A DNA stretch of 63,854 nt, the filler included, from Saprolegnia diclina VS20 (taxonomy: Eukaryota): assembly GCF_000281045.1 (NCBI RefSeq). It is 4 parts of 2 records of this genome, joined end to end, with 100 filler letters (N's around TTAATTAATTAA, not from the genome) between each part and the next. Parts side by side here need not be neighbours in the genome. Positions count along the whole stretch, not along the records: positions 38,295 to 61,984 come from NW_008246076.1; 3 more parts are not named here. One strand, given 5' to 3'. Shown here in pieces: positions 48,282 through 62,084 of this stretch. Numbering within the stretch: the first letter of the stretch is position 1; each line of letters opens with the position of its first letter. The position numbers were made by a program, and so were the translations under genes. Under the pieces are notes generated by a model. That model was not told the origin of the DNA and made no database searches. It saw only the letters and a list, made by a program, of their open reading frames with translations.

Positions 48282-50297
48282 CCTCGACAATGCAATTGCA
48301 ATCTATTGCCGAAAAAGCAAGAAAATACACGTAAAAACATGTAAATTCACACTACAACACTGGACAATTCTGTACCGTCCTCATGGGCTGTGGTAATATA
48401 TAGTCGTAACGTTAGGCATGGTATTCCGACCGAGATTGGCGGTCCGCCAGGCTGCTAGTCCATCAAAGCTGGCTGCAAAATGGGGATCATGGCGCCTGCG
48501 ATCTGATTGGCAACACGTGGCGCGTCGACAGTATGGCGATCTCTCTGAACGCTGTTTCGGGGCATTATTCTGTATCGCAGCGGCGCAGGGATGCCATCAC
48601 GTGCAAGATGACGTCCACGAGAAGGGATACCGGTGCGCTCCATCGACATAGGTAGTACGAAGTCGACATTTGAGCCTCGAGACTCTGAGAACTATCTGTG
48701 CTGACGCTCCCGACACACTGTTTGCCTTTGAGACGCTGTTTCCAAACAGAATATAAAAGCCCTGTGGGCCACACATGCCCGGTATTCTATCGCTACGACC
48801 CGAGCCACGCCGCGAGTTGGTCGTTGGTGGGTCGCGTGTCGTGCGGGTGCCTCCTCTGTACCAAGCGTACATAAACTCAATTGAGCTTATGCACTCTTGT
48901 CTGAGTACTTAGCACTGGACGGCTCTGTCGACCCAGTGTCCACAGGCCGTTGCGTAATGCTCTATGTTGGCTACTCGTCCAGGCTGCTGCGAACCAAGGC
49001 TACTCGTGCTTCGATGGCCAGCACCGAGCTCAATGTTGTATCGTGTTGAACTCGATCAACCTCCATCCTCACCACGACAGGCCACTGTCCCAATGCTAGT
49101 ACACGTGCAAGACGAGGGTTGTCGCTGCCAAGTCACACGAAATGCACAATGGCAGACGCGTGTCATCGGCCTCGATCGCGGCCGCCGGCCAGTAGGAAAA
49201 AGGGAAGATCGCCATGTGGCGCGTCTCCTGCACCTGGGTCAACTTCAAGCAGTAACGTCCACGGGCGTTGCTGGCGCCATTGCAAGCCACCACAACAGCG
49301 CGTAGCTCCGACGTGGCGCCGCCTGTATGAATACAACCTGCAACGAGAGCGTCCCTACACCTCGAATGGTCGCTCGCCAAGGTGGTTCGACCATGAGAAC
49401 CAGGGTCGCAACTGCCAAAAACATGTGGGTTGCAGTAGCCACGATCGCCACGCGTCTTCTCGCCGCAGCAAAACCGTCCCACGCTGTCGTGCTTCTCGCC
49501 GTTGACACGCAAAGAGATAGCGCGTCCTCATGCACCAGTCGAGTGCGGGTCGGTGGTGCTGGAGAGCGAGCGCATCGCGTCAACTGATGCAGAGTAGTAG
49601 ATTAGTCGACGCACTAGTTGATAGGAGAACCACGAGCACATCCCAACAACGCCACCTGCTGACGTTCGGATGTGAAAAATCGAATAACAAGCCTGCGCGA
49701 TTGCGATTGGTCGACGCCGAGGACGAGTTCGCAAAGGCAGTATGCTCCCGTTGGGCAAAACCGGTTTGTCCCTTTTGGTGGCACGTTGAAGGCGGTTGCT
49801 GGCAAAAACGCGCGCTCACGTGCATGGACCATGCGCAGTCCCCATTTTTGCAGCGCGCATACATGTAGCCTCCAGCGTGGGACGCTCCGTTTGTGATGCA
49901 TCGTGCTCTCGTTGGTCTCGTTGGTGGTGTCGTTAGGCTTGCATTTGTTCTGAAAGTCGCCCTGAACGGCAACGAGCAGCCAAGGAGCAGCCGTAGTAGT
50001 AGGCACGTCTTGGAAAAGGGTATATCGCCCAAGACCAGCCCAAGACCACCCTTGTATATGCAAGAGTGCGATGTGCGGGCTGCTTTCGTCGCCCTGGTGA
50101 TCGCAGCCGTGCCACGTCGGAGGTTTGTCCCGATTTTATGGGGAGATTCGGCACTGAATAAGCGAATTGCCGCCAAGCGCGATGCGATTGGCCAAAAAGG
50201 TGGAAAGATCTCGCAAGATACCGGGCGCATACTGAAACCAAGACGCTCGACTGGTCGGCTCCGACTGTACTAGTATCGTAACGACTACAGCAGGAGC

Positions 50298-52728
<2,431 letters not shown>

Positions 52729-52905
52729 GCGCAATTTCTACTCCATTTCTCGTCGTATCGTTCCTTGCTTTCTGTCTACACTAAACTACTAATCTACTAA
52801 CTTTATACACTCATTGTCTATGGAGTGACGGATCTAGGCTGTAGGATAGAACAAAGAAGAGACTCGAATGGCGTGAAGCCAAGGTGATGCTTCAAATTAC
52901 ATCGA

Positions 52906-54151
52906 CTACTTGGGCGCCTTGGTCGCAGCATCTTGCAGCGTCTTGGAGAGCGTCGCGGCCGCCGACGGGATCTCCTTGAGTCCGAGCGTCGCACGAAGCG
53001 CGGGGACCTTGAGGAGACGGGACTGGGCTAGTGAAAACCAAGATGACGCGAGCCAGTAGAAGAAGACGCCCTATATAGAGTGGTCAATATTGTCCATATT
53101 TTTTGGGGCAAATTGAACCTGCGGCAACTGGCAAATGAACGGAAATGAAAGCAGTGGAATGTACTGAATCTTGGACTTGAGCCAGTCGAACGCCTTGATC
53201 TTCGAGTGGCCCATGAGCTACGTCGATTGCATGGTGTGAATCTCAAAAAGCAAAAAGGGTACCTCAAAATTGAGATACGTCGACCCGACAGCGAGCGCCG
53301 GCAAGAGAAACGTCGGGTCGGCCTCCAAGAGGTTGGTGTACATGCCCAAGCCGCCGGTGTCCAAGCCCGCGACAGACCCCGACCGAATCAAGTCGCGGCA
53401 GCTGTACGCCATGAGGAAGAACGACGGGATCTGCACAAGCGGTGCGGCGACGCAGGCGACCGGGTGCGTCTCGTGCTTCTCCCACACCAGCTACGCGCAT
53501 CGGTCGAGCCACTCCATCATCATCCAGCGTCGTACCTTGGCGCCCTTGTGCAGCTGCTTGACCGCATCTACTTGCATCGATGGAATGCCAGGCGGCTACA
53601 TCATGCGTCCAAGTGAGGCCATGCCTCGGGTACATGCATGTCCTACCAAGAAGACGCGGGCGTAGAGATAGGTCTTCCACACGCTTTGGAGGTCGCGCGT
53701 GCCTTGCGCCATGCTGGACACCATTAATGTAAGTAGCAAGGCCAAGATGAGAGCGTACCGCTCCATCGACTTAATCTGGAACACGAGCAACGGGAAGAGC
53801 GTCCCACGCACGACGACCGCAGTGCACTAAGCAGATCACGTTGCAGCGTCGTCTGTTCCGAGTGGTAGTTACCGCAAACGTCGCCCACCATGGGAGACCG
53901 GTCGTCGTGTGCACGGTCTCGATGACGTTCTGCGCGAGCTGGACGGCCCACATGGGCTCGACAACAGGCCCGGCCATGGCCTCTGGATCGCCATGAGTTG
54001 AGGATGCTACGATGAGGGTCGTACCCGTGAGCGCCTGCACATCGACGCCGGGTGGAGCTTGGATCGGCGCGCTCGAGAAGGCGGCGACACCGCGCTTGGC
54101 GCCAACGAGCGCAAGGGAGGGCCGCGTCAGGCGTCGTCCAAGCAACATCAT
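52906..54151 (-). CDS. Mitochondrial Oxa1/YidC-family insertase, COX18-like (multi-exon)
   Basis: Presequence-like N-terminus; motifs HTTTGLPWWA, R..LFPL, PLVQIPSF, GG.....NL..ADPTFLLP and YW..SS.F...Q. Confidence 0.85.
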
Positions 54152-54581
54152 GCTGCGAATAAAAATGCACTGCACCAAGTCGTTCGAGCAGCTAATTGCA
54201 CGCACCTTACGAAGCCCTAATCGGGTTTTTCTCTATAGTGGCGACGACAGAGGCTTTATGTACGCCATGACAGAATGCTCCTAAACGGCGTGGATGGACT
54301 CCATAGTGTCTGTGTTCGTTCCAAAGCGCTTGCTTGGGCGAGGGTGGCATGGCACATCACACGCGGCCTGTATCAAAAGTGGCGTGCAATTAGCCAATAT
54401 TGTCTGTATATCCGATGCGATGGAGTCCTAATGCCAGGCGTTATCCTGTTTTAAGGACAACCAGACGGTATTATGCATAGTAAAAGCAAGAGCGAGAGGC
54501 ATGAAAACAGGACATATCCGAATTCGAGACCGACCGGCTCGCCAATGGTTGGCTCGGGATCATTTTGCGAATACAACCAGC

Positions 54582-55316
54582 ATGTCGTCGCTGCGCAACG
54601 CCGTCAAGCGCCGCGAGCACAAGGAGCGTGGGCAGCCGCTCGAGCGCAAGAAGCTCGGCCTCGGCCTCCTCGAGAAGCACAAGGACTATGTGCAGCGTGC
54701 GCGCGACTTCCACTCGAAGGAGAGCCGCCTCAAGACGATGCAGCTCAAGGCCGCGCTGCGCAACCCGGATGAGTTTTACTTCAAGATGAACACGTCGTCG
54801 ACCGTCGACGGCAAGCACGTCTCGACCAACAACCACCGTGGGATCCTCACGGCCGACGTGCTCAAGGTCATGAAGACGCAGGATCTAGCGTACATGCACA
54901 TGAAGCGTGCAGTCGACACGTCCAAGGCCATGAAGCTCAGCGCCTCGGCGCACTTTATCGACGTCGAGAAGCCAAACAAGCACAAGGTGTTTGTCGACGA
55001 CGACGCGTCCCTCAAGACGTTCGATGTCGCTGACCACTTTGATACGGTGCCCGAACTCGTGCACCGGGCGTCCAACCGCTTGCGAAAGGCCGACCTCCAA
55101 AAGCTGGCGATCCCGAGTGCCAAGGCGGTGAAAAAGTCCAACAAGATGTACCAAGAGATGAGCGACCGCCTCGAGCGCGCGTCCAAGATCAACACAATGC
55201 GCCAGGTGCTCGAGCTCGAGCGCAAGGTCCAAGCCAAGGGCAAGAAGATGAAGATCGCCGACGGCGTCGACGGTGGTCCTGCCGTCTACAAGTGGAAGCG
55301 CGTGCGTACCAAGTAG
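54582..55316 (+). CDS. UTP11: U3 snoRNA-associated protein 11
   Basis: Motifs MSSLRNAVKRREHKERGQP, GLLEKHKDY..RARDFH, RNPDEFYFKM, KTQD and VYKWKRVR.K. Confidence 0.96.
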   Translation: MSSLRNAVKRREHKERGQPLERKKLGLGLLEKHKDYVQRARDFHSKESRLKTMQLKAALRNPDEFYFKMNTSSTVDGKHVSTNNHRGILTADVLKVMKTQDLAYMHMKRAVDTSKAMKLSASAHFIDVEKPNKHKVFVDDDASLKTFDVADHFDTVPELVHRASNRLRKADLQKLAIPSAKAVKKSNKMYQEMSDRLERASKINTMRQVLELERKVQAKGKKMKIADGVDGGPAVYKWKRVRTK

Positions 55317-55829
55317 ATATGTGCAATATGTGCCCAATAGAGAATGCGACTACGATAACAACCTATATAACGATGATGACACAAACTCGCGGACGTATTA
55401 TGTCTGAGATAGTCGATCGCTCCTTGCGCAACCACACTCGTACCTTGCGCCATACGTGCCCCTCATAGACTGTCACCTGCGTCAATGAAATGCCCTCCGG
55501 TAGCTCCCTTGCATGTCTGATGGAACAGCTGGAGTCACAAGGAAAGATCCAACAATGCATATTTTGTATGTGCATACAAAATACAAGTCAAACACGACCA
55601 CTTCATGGCAGCCGGCACCTTTGACACAAGTACTACTTGTAGCAAGCTCTCTTGGGCCTAATTACGCTCTACTCGATGACGTACACAAGCGCGCATTCTT
55701 CTATCCCTCGCCAGAGACCGCAGCATTGAACAGAGTACGGTTGCTCTGATACGCCTTGGAAAGGCCGTCTGGATTTGGCGTTTCTGCACCAGCCGAGACA
55801 GGATCGCAGTGCGCCGTTTCGCAGCTACG

Positions 55830-56831
55830 ATGTACGTAGTGGCATCGCACCCAAACGAGCCGCTGCTCGGCCCGGCCTCGATGCGCAAACCCGTGCTCGG
55901 GCCCGCGCTTCCGCTCCTACGCCCACGGACGCGCCGGCTTGTCAACGTGACGCTCGGTGTCGCCATGTGCATTGCCTTCTCGGTCTTTCTCTTGGGCCTC
56001 TTTGCGCCCTACACGCCGCCGTACGCGACGCTGCTCGCGTCCTCGTCTGCGAGCACCGCGAGTCCCCACTTGATTGCGGTGGTCGCCCCGGCAGTGGTCT
56101 ACGGCGTCGCGACGGCCGTGGGTCTCACGCTCGGTCTCCTCGGGTACCGCTTTGTCAAGCTCGCGTTCTTCCTCTCGGGTTTTGCCATCGGGCTCGTCCT
56201 TGGCTTCAATGCGGCGTACGTGGCGTTCGAGCACGAGACGTACGTGTTTCCGGCCGCGCTAGGCATTGGCGTTCTCGCCGCCGTCATCCTCGCGGTCGCC
56301 GCGCTCTTCTTCTTCCGCTTTGGCGTCGCCGTCCTCGGCGTCCTCGCGGGCGTCGGTCTCGGTGCGTTCGTCGGCGCACTCTTTCTCATGCGGCTGTACC
56401 CGGCGCAGCCCGAAGTGCCGATCGTCATTGCGATGGCCATCGGCGGCGTCGCCATCGGGCTCGTTGTCTACTTGCAGGAGCGCCTCGTTGTCGTGCTCTG
56501 CACAGCCTTTCTCGGTGGATACTTTTTCGTACTTGGCGTCGGCAACCTCATTGGGAGCTACCCGTCGCCGACGAGCATCGTGGCGTTCCTCGATGCCCTC
56601 AAGGCCGGCGGGAGCTACGCCATGCCGGGCGCGTGGTGGGCGTACTTTGGCGCAACGCTCGTCGCCTGGATTGGCTTTGGCGTCATCCAGTTCCAGTACA
56701 CTGCGCCGGTGCACGAGACGCCAGCGCCCGCGAGCCCTCCTCGCTCGCCTGCGGCGGTCGACGGCGACTACACGGCGGTGACAAGTCCCAAGGGATCGGC
56801 GCCGCCGTTCCGTGTCGAGCGCGGACTCTAA
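55830..56831 (+). CDS. Multi-pass membrane protein, DUF4203/TMEM198-like
   Basis: About 8 hydrophobic Gly-rich segments; GYRFVKLAFFLSGF and TAFLGGY patterns. Confidence 0.75.
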   Translation: MYVVASHPNEPLLGPASMRKPVLGPALPLLRPRTRRLVNVTLGVAMCIAFSVFLLGLFAPYTPPYATLLASSSASTASPHLIAVVAPAVVYGVATAVGLTLGLLGYRFVKLAFFLSGFAIGLVLGFNAAYVAFEHETYVFPAALGIGVLAAVILAVAALFFFRFGVAVLGVLAGVGLGAFVGALFLMRLYPAQPEVPIVIAMAIGGVAIGLVVYLQERLVVVLCTAFLGGYFFVLGVGNLIGSYPSPTSIVAFLDALKAGGSYAMPGAWWAYFGATLVAWIGFGVIQFQYTAPVHETPAPASPPRSPAAVDGDYTAVTSPKGSAPPFRVERGL

Positions 56832-56930
56832 GTGTCGTAGTCCTAGATGTAGCATCCTAGCAATATAATGTGGGCGGTCGCTGCCGCGTTAATGGACGAT
56901 GTACTCATAGTGGTATAATGAATTACGTAT

Positions 56931-57512
56931 TTACATCTTGTTCATCGAGGCGACATCGACCGACTGGACATCGTCCTCGAACTGCTCGATGGCTTCCGTG
57001 ATGTCGTCCAACAAGACAAGGTCATCAATGATGATGCACTGGACGAGGAGCTTCTTGATGCCGAAGGCAACCGGGACGAGCTTGTGGCCCTCACCCCACG
57101 AGAGGCCGTTGACTTCAAGGGCCTTGATCTTGAGAGCGAGCGCCTCAAGGTCCGTCTCGGCTTCCCAGGGCTTGACTTCAATCACGACCTGCGAGCGCTC
57201 AATCGGCTTGGCCTTCTCCTTCTTCGAGGCCTTGGCGGCGTCGGCGCGCTTCTTGGCGGCGGCCTTGGCGGCCTCATCCTCCTCCTCGTCGTCGTCGCCG
57301 AACATGTCATCATCATCATCGTCATCGGCGGGCTTCTTGGCCTTGGGCGTCGACACCTTGGGGGCAGCCTTGGGCGTGGCGGCCTTGGGGGCAGCGGCCT
57401 TGGGGGCAGCCTTGGCGGCGACGGCGACGGCCTTCATGGGCTTGCAGCCCGAGGTCGGGTGAAGGACGGAGTACTTGGCGGTCTTGACGACGGTGAACTT
57501 GGCGGCAACCAT
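56931..57512 (-). CDS. EEF1B: Translation elongation factor 1-beta/delta (eEF1B GEF)
   Basis: Acidic DDDDMFG.DDEE segment, then S.V.IEVKPWEAETDL, LVPVAFGIKKL and VQSVDVASMNK. Confidence 0.95.
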   Translation of the reverse strand: MVAAKFTVVKTAKYSVLHPTSGCKPMKAVAVAAKAAPKAAAPKAATPKAAPKVSTPKAKKPADDDDDDDMFGDDDEEEDEAAKAAAKKRADAAKASKKEKAKPIERSQVVIEVKPWEAETDLEALALKIKALEVNGLSWGEGHKLVPVAFGIKKLLVQCIIIDDLVLLDDITEAIEQFEDDVQSVDVASMNKM

Positions 57513-57579
57513 GGTGGAGTTGGGACGAAGAAAAATCTAAAGTGACGCCCACGAGCTGTGGTGGGGAGGAATCCGCGCA

Positions 57580-57596
57580 GCTGATTGGCTAAAATC
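57580..57596. promoter_or_regulatory. Extended CCAAT box upstream of eEF1B
   Basis: GCTGATTGGCTAAAATC about 70 bp upstream of the ATG; further ATTGG/CCAAT copies nearby. Confidence 0.7.
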
Positions 57597-58206
57597 ACGT
57601 CCTTTTCGCGATCCGCCGCATTGGATTGGCGCAGACGATACATGAATTGGCCAATCCACAGGAACGTCTAACTGGGACCTGTCATTTTGGAACGCATTTG
57701 ACGAGATGCACGCAACTTTTGGGTACTCCCAGGCGGATCAAGGCCCATGACGGACCTGTCTGCGCCGCATGCGATGCCTATCGGCACGGCAATCGAAACA
57801 CGGCGATCCTACGTCAGCGCATGACGCAAGCCATCTCGGTAACCTTCGCTTCGTGCGCCTGCATCGAATCTCCCCCGCGCTCGAAATGGCGTGCGTTTAG
57901 CTGCTGTCCGTATGCAGAATAAAAGAACAGAGGGGCGTCGGATTGGTCTAAACCCACGCAACGCACCCGTTGCAACCGCGAGCGTGGAAGCGTCGCGCGA
58001 TCTGCCGTGCGCGGCAAAGCAAGTCGTCACCGAAATCTATCGAAGAAAACGCGTCGTGCCTATCGCTGGCGCGACAACCTATCTCTTTGTTGCCATCAAC
58101 CGTGCTTGGGACCCTCAAAAGGCGTGCAGCTAGCCATCCGCGTTAAGTTCGATTTTCAACGTGCTAAGTTCGTGGTTCAGCCATTTTGACACGGGAGCGC
58201 ACGACC

Positions 58207-59275
58207 ATGGAGCATCTCCTGGACCTCTACCGGGAAATGGAGCCGGTCGAGGTGTTTATGGCCGCGCTCCGCGCCTCCCACGAGTACCTCTCGATCGAGT
58301 TTCAAGTACGAACATCATTTTCCAAAAAGACCATCATTTTTCTTCGCCAACAGTACTGATTGTCTGTGTTTGGCAGGACGCGGTCGTGGCCGAGATCTTC
58401 CGCGACCCGATCTGCGATGACTTTGCGCCCAAGCAAGCGTACACGTACCGCATCATCAAGATGTATGTGCACGGTACGCTCTATGGTCCAGTGCCATCTT
58501 TACCACTGATGTAGATGCGGAAATGGCCGGCGGCGACATTTCCGACGAGCTCATGGCCGAGCTCATGGCGCGCATCTCCAACAACAAGTGCTTCAACAGC
58601 CTCGACGAATTGCACCACGTCTCGTACCGGCTGCGTCAACCCAACGCCTCGCGTCACGATGTCATTACATGCCGCGTTGCCACCGCCCACAATGAAGTTG
58701 GCATGAAGCTTTGGGAAGCGGGCTTTTACTTGGCCGAGTATGGCCTCGCGCACCCCACAGCGTTTGCCAACAAGCGCGTGATCGAGCTCGGCGCCGGCGC
58801 CGGCTTTACCGGCCTCGTGCTCGCGGCCAACGCCGCGCAGCCGCCGGGGCACGTACTCGTGACCGACTACGCGCCCGTCGTTCTCCAAAACCTACGGTAC
58901 AACGTCGAGCTCAACGCCTTCCGAGGCATGCTCGCGCCGTGCCCGGTGACCACCGCGGCGCTCGACTGGACCAACTGGACGTGGGACGACTGCGAGATGG
59001 CGTTTGATGTGCTCATCGCCGGCGACTGCGTCTACGACGTCCGCTCGTTTCCCGACCTTATGCGCGTCCTTGCGGCCTTTCTGAAGCGACCTCGAACGAC
59101 CGCCATCTTTGCCTCGACGATCCGCAACGCAGCGACGTTCCAGGCCTTCTTGGACCAGCTCCACGCGCACGCGATCGACTACACCGAGCTCCCGTGCGAC
59201 TTTCCCGCCTTGTTTACGTATGCGAACCGCGACTCGATTCGGCTCACCGAATTGCGCGCTGCAACACGACAGTAA
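58207..59275 (+). CDS. EEF2KMT: Protein-lysine methyltransferase EEF2KMT/FAM86A-like (2 introns)
   Basis: FAM86-like N-terminus (P...Y...IIK); family-16 MTase motifs VGMKLWEAG, VIELGAGAGFTGL, LVTD, LDW, IAGDCVYD and TIRN..TF. Confidence 0.85.
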
Positions 59276-59861
59276 ACAGCAGCGATCTTGTCGTCTTGTG
59301 GATCAAGCCTTGTCCCTTTGCGTGGGCGTATCTGGCACCTAGTCCTTGCACTGAAGCGCCATGCATTGGACAGGGATATTTAGTAAGCAAAGAGCCCCGT
59401 GCACTCGAACGTTCCTTGATAGCTCGTGCTTGGTTGACGTACCGTGCATGATGGCGGCCGCGGTGGTGGCTGTGGTGTCGCTCGCCGACGTACAGTATAT
59501 CGCATAGCGCGTATACAGTAGGCAGGAAGTCGTACCATGTAGATTGGCAAGTGGCAGAGCAAGCATGGCCATTGCGCTGGCAACGCTTGTCGCCAGTTGA
59601 CGGCCTGCCTCCACGAGGAAGGGGAGGCGATACAGACGCCATGGCGCATGCATGTGGCCGGCAGCGCGCCGGGTACGTCCGGAGGTGCGCTTCGTTGCGC
59701 TCGTTTAAGCCACTCGTGTCCAACGAGTTTGGCGTCTCGAGGTTAGATCGCGCTCGAAGCGGCGCGAATTTCGGACCACCCACTGGCCTCTGGCGTGGCC
59801 GGAGATGGTGACCACAGTGTCCCAACTTGATCGACACGTCCATTCGCACGGGGTGATATAG

Positions 59862-60289
59862 AACCAAAGCTCGTATCGCTGTGGTGGAGTCGTTGCGCCT
59901 CAATTGGCCATTGACCTCGTTCGACGCATGTCGGTATACCAGCGAATCCAGCGCGAGATCGACACCCACACCGTGATGCTGTACATCAAGGGCACGCGGG
60001 AGGCGCCCGAGGCCGGCTTCTCGAGCCAAGTCGTCGCTGTCTTTCGCACACTCGACGTCGACTTTGGCGTCGCGAATCTGCTCGAGTGCGCCGAGCTCCG
60101 CCAAGCGATCAAGGATTTCTCGTACGTCGAGTCGCTCGAAAGTATAATTTCTGATTGTCGGATTTGGCTAGGAACTGGCCGACGATCCCTCAGATTTTTA
60201 TCCGCGGCAAATTTCTCGGTGGCAGCGACACGCTTCTTGAAATGTACAAGTCGGGCGAACTCGAGCGCATTTTGGGTCTGAGCCCTTGA
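59862..60289 (+). CDS. Monothiol (CGFS-class) glutaredoxin-like protein with AGFS in place of CGFS; 5' exon(s) uncertain
   Basis: [21 protein letters not shown]...[39 protein letters not shown]. Intron ~60122-60171. Possible starts at 59641 (spliced) or 59928. Confidence 0.85.
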
Positions 60290-60949
60290 GAGACGCAGCC
60301 AAGACGTAGACAAGACGTAGATAGAGGTCGCGCCTGCGGCATATAAATATAGTTGACTTCATTATTTCAAACGAGGCAAGGAGCTTGCGATTACTAGTTC
60401 AGAGGACGGACCGACACCATGATGGCTTTCGTGGGGCCACGAGCAGTAATTGCTGTCAGTAATCAAAAGGCCCGGTCGTCGAAGTTGAAGTCGCTGCGAT
60501 GTACACTGCAGAGTGCCACGTGTCAAGAAGACGGTAATGGGACCGCAATGAAAGAGCGTGTAATACGACTGGTGGCGCTCTAGGACGAAGCTCTGGTATT
60601 TGTGTCGCTCGATTCGGCTTCAGTCCAGTTGGGACCGAGCGTTCTCCTGTCGACCAACCGCATCTCTGCGGCAACCGTACCGTCATCCGACCTGATTCTA
60701 ACCGGCTAGATAAACCGGTTACATTGCCGGACGGGCTGAACTGTTCGGCGGCGCTGACGGAGCTGGCAAGGCTGCAAAAGGAGCTCGACACACACGTCGA
60801 TATTCGATTCGTTGCAAAATCATTATTGTCTGTATTTTTGTTCCTACAATTAATATTTGTTTGAAATGCAATAGTTGATTGTCAGAACAATACTCCCGCC
60901 AATTTTGGTCTCATTTCCTGGATAGAGCAGATGCGACACTAGAGCTGGC

Positions 60950-61330
60950 ACTAGAATCTGGCATCGCGTAGGAACCAGATCTGCGAAGATGGACGGTCGC
61001 TCTGATTGACAAACACCGCGTTGAAAGACGGCGCCTCCACTAATATGGGATGAAATCAAGTAGTACCAACGAGGGACCGATCGATTCGGACCCGTGTGTC
61101 CCACACAATCTCGGGGTCAACCGCAGCGTACATCGCCATCGACTGCTGGCTGTTGCTGTTTGTGAAGCAACGAGATCGTTGTCTTGCGTTTGGAACGAGC
61201 GAAGTGTTGCCTGTGTAGGCTGTTTGGCTAGTGCTACAATTGTAATACCAGCAGTCGTCTGAGTCGTGACCAGACGTGCCGCAAGAATCGAACCAGTTGA
61301 CAATATTTGCTGGACGGCGCAAGCGGCAAT
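60950..61330 (-). mobile_element. Probable degraded Ty1/Copia gag-protease relic
   Basis: WFDSCGTSGHDSDDCW (61248-61295) is one base from a CCHC zinc knuckle. The downstream RWYYLISSHISG resembles a damaged W.LDSGASSH..G motif. Confidence 0.4.
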
Positions 61331-61907
61331 AGCGGCGCCAGCTTATCCGGATATTCTTATCCGGATGAAATGTGCTCGGCGGTGCTGCTCGGCAGCTTGT
61401 TGACGATATTTGAAGATTTTTATAGAGTCGTATGTTTTGTTCGATATGCATAGCGCATGACGCAGGGAGCCCAAAAACCAAAGAATCGTGCTCGTAGCGT
61501 GCCTACAGCCTGTGTTGTGCACTGTTCAAGTTGGCAAAACTTGATACTGAATCTACTATCAGTGTATCAGTGTACCAATCGACCATCAAATTCCAATTGC
61601 AACGAACTCGGGCAATCGGTGAAGGGACCGTTTAACCAATTACTAGTACGTATGTATAACTTTCTCGCCAGTACGTTGTATACCACCGTTGAAATGAGTC
61701 TTTCGAATTTTACGGAATAAGGGTCCTATTTCTAGGGTCGTCCGGCCTCCAACCTAATTTCCGGTAGGCACGAATTTCCGGCATATGCCGTTTTCATCTT
61801 GCTTCTTCCTTGTGTTCCTTGTGGCACTTGCCGAGCGTGGCCTTATTATGGTGACCGTCTTCAGTGACATTCGTGTCCGGATGGGGGGGAAATCCGGATA
61901 GAAAAAT

Positions 61908-61978
61908 CGGCGCGTCGGGTTCGAACCGGCGACCTCGGGAGGCAGAAGCAGGAATCATACCGCTCGGCTCAAGCGTCC
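61908..61978 (-). pseudogene. tRNA-derived element (tRNA pseudogene or SINE-like head)
   Basis: A-box-like TGAGCCGAGCGG, B-box GGTTCGAACCC, partial acceptor and T stems, poor anticodon arm, followed by TTTTT. Confidence 0.6.
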
Positions 61979-61984
61979 CCCCCC

Positions 61985-62084
61985 NNNNNNNNNNNNNNNN
62001 NNNNNNNNNNNNNNNNNNNNNNNNNNNNTTAATTAATTAANNNNNNNNNNNNNNNNNNNNNNNNNNNNNNNNNNNNNNNNNNNN
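61985..62084. other. Artificial assembly spacer (N + TTAATTAATTAA + N)
   Basis: Same 100-nt structure as at 14560. Confidence 0.95.

Noticed and set aside
48400..50250. Short ORFs in long intergenic stretches (also 32500-34400 and 41900-43500)
   Set aside because: They show no recognisable motifs, weak codon bias and no consistent exon chain, so no call could be supported.
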